This document shows positions 59,820 through 64,000 of a stretch of 64,000 nucleotides of DNA, one piece after another (position 1 is the first letter of the stretch; each line of letters starts with the position of its first letter). Origin of the DNA: Oxalobacteraceae bacterium (GTDB taxonomy: Bacteria > Pseudomonadota > Gammaproteobacteria > Burkholderiales > Burkholderiaceae_D); assembly GCA_023259175.1 (NCBI GenBank), contig JAHFQV010000007.1:278-64277 (forward strand), written 5' to 3'. The notes below the pieces were generated by a model. It was not told the origin of the DNA. It saw only the letters and a program-made list of their open reading frames with translations, and searched no databases. Made by a program: the position numbers and the translations under genes.

Positions 59820-59990
59820 AGCTTGGCTCAGTTGAGTGAAGGTATGTGCTTCGCCAGGATGAGGCGCACAAGCGAATTGTGTGTCGCTGTTGGTAGCACG
59901 AGCGAATATGTGAAGTGTAACGCTTTGTTCGTCATTCGGGGGAAGAATGCACGTACAATTTGGCCTATGAATTCTAAATTTAAAACAAAT

Positions 59991-60989
59991 ATGGACGAAA
60001 CCGCGTCATCAATGCCGAGTGATTTTTCGACTTTGACTGCGGAAACCGTGCTAGACGCTGTGTATGACGCTGGCTACGAAGCCGATGGTCGGATGTTGCC
60101 ACTCAACAGCTACGAAAATCGGGTGTATCGATTAGGTGTCGAAGGCGGTGCCCACATCGTTGTAAAATTTTATCGCCCTGAACGCTGGAGTGACGCGCAA
60201 ATACAGGAGGAGCACGATTTTATGCTTGCCTTAGATGCGGCGGAAATTCCTGTGATTGCGCCTGTTGTCGGACCGATAGGAGGGAGTTTGCTGCAATTTT
60301 CAGGATTTCGATACGCGGTTTTTCCTAGCGCCGGCGGGCGCGCCCCAGATGTGGATTTCGGCGATACCTTGCAAACCTTGGGGCGTGCCTTAGGGCGTAT
60401 GCACGCGGTCGGCGCACAAGAAAAATTCAGCCTGCGTCCTGAGTTAAATGGTGAAAGTTTTGGACGGCAATCTTTGCAGTTTCTAGCGCAAGAGAACTGG
60501 GTGCCCGCAGATTTGCAGCCGGCCTATTTTAGTGTTGCGCAGGCGATGCTAGATGAAGTGGATCGTTGTTTTGATCGTGTGGGTGAGTATGCACGTTTGC
60601 GTTTGCATGGCGATTGTCATTTGGGGAATATTTTACTCAATACTCAAGGCGCATTTTTCTTGGACTTCGATGACAGTCGTACCGGGCCTGCGATTCAAGA
60701 TTTGTGGATGTTTTTATCGGGTGAGCGTAGTGACATGCAAAAGCAAATGCTCGCACTGTTAGAAGGCTACGAAGCGTTTTACGAATTTAATCCCGCTGAG
60801 ATGGACTTGATCGAAGCTTTACGCAGCCTGCGTTTGTTGCACTATTCAGCTTGGCTGGCAAAGCGGTGGAGTGATCCCGCCTTTAAACTTGCATTTTCCT
60901 GGTTTGATACGCCCAAATATTGGCAGGATCGTATTTTGGAAATGCGCGAACAAATTGCGCTTATGAATGAGCCACTGATACGAATTTGA
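59991..60989 (+). CDS. srkA: Stress-response kinase SrkA/RdoA (APH-like)
   Basis: [45 protein letters not shown]. Confidence 0.93.
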   Translation: MDETASSMPSDFSTLTAETVLDAVYDAGYEADGRMLPLNSYENRVYRLGVEGGAHIVVKFYRPERWSDAQIQEEHDFMLALDAAEIPVIAPVVGPIGGSLLQFSGFRYAVFPSAGGRAPDVDFGDTLQTLGRALGRMHAVGAQEKFSLRPELNGESFGRQSLQFLAQENWVPADLQPAYFSVAQAMLDEVDRCFDRVGEYARLRLHGDCHLGNILLNTQGAFFLDFDDSRTGPAIQDLWMFLSGERSDMQKQMLALLEGYEAFYEFNPAEMDLIEALRSLRLLHYSAWLAKRWSDPAFKLAFSWFDTPKYWQDRILEMREQIALMNEPLIRI

Positions 60990-61107
60990 TCGTCTTGAGT
61001 TGAGTTTTGTATTATTTTGTATTAATGAGATCGCGTACAATGGTGGGTGGAAGCTTCGTTTCAAATTGAAGCGTAAGTCATTTTTAGGATAATTGAATTT
61101 AAAGCGT

Positions 61108-61806
61108 ATGATGAATCAAGATGAATTAAAGCGAGAAGTGGCGCGAGCGGCGATTAGTTACGTGGTCGAAGGCGAAATCGTTGGTGTTGGCACAGGCTCG
61201 ACAGCGAATTTTTTTATCGATGAGTTGGCACAGATTAAGCACAAAATTAAAGCTGCGGTTGCCTCGTCGGAAGTCACTGCAAATCGCTTGCGGTCGCACG
61301 GTATTTTAGTGTTGGATTTGAACGAGGTCGATCATATGCCCGTGTACATCGACGGTGCTGATGAAATTACCGCTACGGGTGCCATGATTAAAGGTGGCGG
61401 AGCTGCTTTGACGCGAGAGAAAATCGTTGCGTCGGTCGCCAGTCAATTTATCTGTATCGCTGATGGATCCAAATTGGTGGATCGCTTAGGGCGCTTCCCT
61501 TTGCCCATCGAAGTGATACCGATGGCGAGTCAAGCGGTGATTCGTCAGTTAAATCGAATGGGTGGTGAGGCGCGTTTGCGTTTGAAAGAGGGTAAAGTCT
61601 TAGTGACTGACAATGGTAATTACATCGTCGATGTGCACGGGTTGACGATAGAAGATCCGATTGCCGTGGAAGCGCAGATCAACAATATTGTGGGTGTAGT
61701 GACGGTGGGCTTGTTTGCAGCCCATGGTGCGGACGTGTGTTTGCTTGGAACCGCGCAAGGCGTGCAGACCTTACGGTTTGATCAAACTCATGCGGTGGGG
61801 ACGTAA
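61108..61806 (+). CDS. rpiA: Ribose-5-phosphate isomerase A
   Basis: [47 protein letters not shown]. Confidence 0.97.
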   Translation: MMNQDELKREVARAAISYVVEGEIVGVGTGSTANFFIDELAQIKHKIKAAVASSEVTANRLRSHGILVLDLNEVDHMPVYIDGADEITATGAMIKGGGAALTREKIVASVASQFICIADGSKLVDRLGRFPLPIEVIPMASQAVIRQLNRMGGEARLRLKEGKVLVTDNGNYIVDVHGLTIEDPIAVEAQINNIVGVVTVGLFAAHGADVCLLGTAQGVQTLRFDQTHAVGT

Positions 61807-61839
61807 ATGGTGACTGGCTTAGCGAGCGAGGAGAAAGTC

Positions 61840-62388
61840 ATGAAAAATTGTGGAACGGATGAGGAAGTCGTGCAAGCGACTCGCAACTGGTTGGAGCAGG
61901 CAGTCATTGGGCTTAATCTTTGCCCATTTGCGAAAAGCGTTCATATTAAGGAGCAGATTCGCTACGTCGTTAGCCGCGCGACGACCACGGAAGAATTGCT
62001 GCAGGATTTGCTTGCCGAACTTGAATTGCTAGCGGAAGCTAATCCAGAAAAGATCGACACCACATTGTTGATACATCCTCTGGTGATGCAAGACTTTTTG
62101 GATTACAACGATTTTCTCGATGTGGCCGACGCGAGCCTAGAGGAATTAGACCTTGACGGTATTTTACAAATCGCGAGCTTTCATCCCCACTATCAATTTG
62201 AAGATACGGAATTGGACGACATCGATAATTTTACGAATCGTTCTCCATTTCCGACTTTGCATCTATTGAGAGAGGAGAGTATCGATAAGGCCGTCGAAGC
62301 TTTTCCTGATGCGGAGGAAATCTACGAAAGAAATATCAAAACCTTGCGCGAATTGGGTCACGATGGTTGGAAAAAATTATTTCTCTAG
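61840..62388 (+). CDS. DUF1415 family protein
   Basis: WLEQAVIGLNLCPFA, QIASFHP, NFTNRSPFPTLHLLRE. Confidence 0.9.
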   Translation: MKNCGTDEEVVQATRNWLEQAVIGLNLCPFAKSVHIKEQIRYVVSRATTTEELLQDLLAELELLAEANPEKIDTTLLIHPLVMQDFLDYNDFLDVADASLEELDLDGILQIASFHPHYQFEDTELDDIDNFTNRSPFPTLHLLREESIDKAVEAFPDAEEIYERNIKTLRELGHDGWKKLFL

Positions 62389-62451
62389 CCTGTAGGAGGG
62401 GTTTGGTTTAGGACTTTATAGCCATACCGATATACGATTTACTTATGTGCG

Positions 62452-62495
62452 ACTTTCATTTTGGATGAATATTTTCGTCGAAAATGAAAGTTTTT
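62452..62495 (+). terminator. Long AT-rich hairpin with U-tract downstream of DUF1415
   Basis: ACTTTCATTTT-G-GATGAA-TATT-TTCGTC-G-AAAATGAAAGT followed by TTTT. Confidence 0.5.
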
Positions 62496-62761
62496 GTTCG
62501 ATACGCACTTTGTTCCTTCAATTGGAAGTGGGCGTTTTTTTTGCCGATGGAAACGCAGTTTTCCTCCACGCTTGTGTCTCAATACAGGTTTTTTTTGAAG
62601 CTATGTTTGGCTTCTTAAGGCGCGAAACAAGCTCGTCAAAAATACTTTTTTATTTCAGAAATCGTGTAAGACCTGCTCCTGAAATCTAAATTTTTTTTCT
62701 TCACATGATTTGAGGCGATTGGCTCTGCTTAAAAAGTAAGCGAAAAATAAGCTGGCAAGCC

Positions 62762-62790
62762 TTGTTATTTTGCAGGGCAGCATGTACAGT
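62762..62790 (+). promoter_or_regulatory. Candidate sigma-70 promoter for aspartokinase
   Basis: TTGTTA-N17-TACAGT, 47 nt upstream of the ATG. Confidence 0.45.
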
Positions 62791-62837
62791 CTAGGGTTGT
62801 TTTTTTGGTTTTTTCGTCACTTACTTTTGAAATTTTT

Positions 62838-64000
62838 ATGGCTTTAATCGTCCACAAATACGGCGGTACCTCGATGGGTTCTACGGAGCGTATCAAGAAC
62901 GTCGCCAAACGCGTTGCGAAATGGCACGACGCGGGTTACCAGATTGTAGTTGTTCCCTCTGCGATGTCGGGTGAAACTAACCGGATTATCGGCCTAGCAA
63001 AAGAAATTATGGCCGATCCCAATCCTCGCGAGCTCGATATGATTGCCGCTACGGGGGAGCAAGTTTCCGTTGGCCTCTTGTCGCTGGCCTTGCAGGCGCT
63101 TGGAAAAAAAGCGGTTTCCTATGCGGGCTGGCAGGTTCCTATTAAAACCGATTCGGCTTACAGTAAAGCGCGAATTTCATCAATTGATGATGCTAAAGTG
63201 AATGCCGATTTGGCCGATGGGAAAATCGTGATTATCACTGGTTTTCAAGGCGTAGATGATATCGGCAATATTACGACTTTGGGTCGGGGCGGATCCGACA
63301 CCTCGGCAGTCGCGATTGCGGCAGCATTGAAGGCGCAGGAATGCCTGATTTATACCGACGTAGATGGTGTTTATACCACCGACCCGCGTGTCGTTTCCGA
63401 CGCACGTCGTTTGAAAACAGTGACTTTTGAAGAGATGTTGGAAATGGCCTCTTTAGGCTCGAAAGTTCTGCAAATTCGTTCGGTGGAATTTGCTGGAAAC
63501 TATCGCATGCCGACCCGCGTTTTGTCGTCGCTCACTGACCCACTTATGCCTTTGGAAGAAGAGATTATTTCAGGCACCCTGATTTCGTTTGAGGAAGATA
63601 CACACATGGAACAAGCCACCATCACTGGCATCGCTTTTAATCGCGACGAAGCAAAATTAACCGTTTTTGGTGTGCCAGATAAACCTGGCATTGCGTATCA
63701 AATCTTAGGGCCGATTGCGGATGCGAATATCGAAGTCGATATGATTATTCAAAATCAATCCGTTGAAGGCAAAACAGATTTTACCTTTACCGTACCGCGT
63801 GCAGACTATAACAAAGCAATGGAAGTGTTGAACGCAAGTGTGCGGGAGCACATCGGTGCTGGCAGTATTATTGGGGATGCAAAAGTTTCTAAGGTGTCTG
63901 TGGTCGGTGTGGGGATGCGTAGCCATGTCGGCATCGCGTCGCAAATGTTTCGCACCTTGTCGGAAGAGGGGATCAATATCCAAATGATTTCCACCTCGGA
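62838..64000 (+). CDS. lysC: Aspartate kinase, 3' end outside window (absent from the ORF track because no stop codon falls in the window)
   Basis: Hand translation gives MALIVHKYGGTSMGSTERIKNVAKRV...SAMSGET; later TTLGRGGSDTSAVA, IYTDVDGVYTTDPR, then ACT domains. Confidence 0.96.
   Translation, partial: MALIVHKYGGTSMGSTERIKNVAKRVAKWHDAGYQIVVVPSAMSGETNRIIGLAKEIMADPNPRELDMIAATGEQVSVGLLSLALQALGKKAVSYAGWQVPIKTDSAYSKARISSIDDAKVNADLADGKIVIITGFQGVDDIGNITTLGRGGSDTSAVAIAAALKAQECLIYTDVDGVYTTDPRVVSDARRLKTVTFEEMLEMASLGSKVLQIRSVEFAGNYRMPTRVLSSLTDPLMPLEEEIISGTLISFEEDTHMEQATITGIAFNRDEAKLTVFGVPDKPGIAYQILGPIADANIEVDMIIQNQSVEGKTDFTFTVPRADYNKAMEVLNASVREHIGAGSIIGDAKVSKVSVVGVGMRSHVGIASQMFRTLSEEGINIQMISTS

Noticed and set aside
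62389-62837. Lysine riboswitch upstream of aspartokinase
   Set aside because: No AGAGGNGC start, kink-turn or kissing-loop signatures recognised, and the nearest promoter-like site leaves too short a leader
1-64000. The many 60-200 aa ORFs overlapping assigned genes, and long N-terminal extensions (e.g. NlpC/P60 to 45620, srkA from 59814, ACBP to 59191)
   Set aside because: Shadow or alternative-frame ORFs without motifs or RBS; the extensions run through intergenic DNA or neighbouring genes
1-64000. CRISPR array, IS/transposase, prophage, rRNA, toxin-antitoxin or restriction-modification genes
   Set aside because: No repeat-spacer periodicity, terminal inverted repeats or matching protein motifs were seen in any frame

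Overview
Chromosomal window from a moderately AT-rich betaproteobacterium; gene content and protein style suggest Oxalobacteraceae (Undibacterium-like), which is an inference. Left to right: the C-terminal end of a GH9 glucanase; an orphan phage-type GH19 lysozyme; nnrD; a flagellar cluster (fliR-Q-P-O-N-M-L, fliK-J-I-H-G-F, fliE, ycgR, a FlhB-C-terminal-only protein, a second FliK-like protein, fliT-S-D, flaG, fliC); an 8-gene putative flagellin-glycosylation operon (TPR-GT41 transferase plus a CDP-sugar pathway with C-methyl-, O-methyl- and acyl-transferases); an atypical NarL-type regulator with a diguanylate cyclase; housekeeping genes (greB, spoT, rpoZ, gmk, yicC, Ser/Thr kinase with PP2C, rph, rdgB, hemW); an HDOD protein; tRNA-Ser(TGA); patatin, NlpC/P60, GlcG and phaZ; a divergent pair of giant cytoplasmic TPR hybrid histidine kinases followed by a REC-HD-GYP phosphodiesterase; fnr/fdxA, ACBP, yecA, srkA, rpiA, DUF1415; and an aspartokinase truncated by the window end. 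I saw no CRISPR array, IS, integrase, prophage or rRNA. The best candidates for an undescribed system are (1) the GT41 plus CDP-branched-sugar flagellin glycosylation operon and (2) the twin TPR-sensor phosphorelay feeding a c-di-GMP phosphodiesterase. All calls come from motif recognition by eye; no searches were run. Several start codons were moved from the ORF track to the more plausible downstream start.
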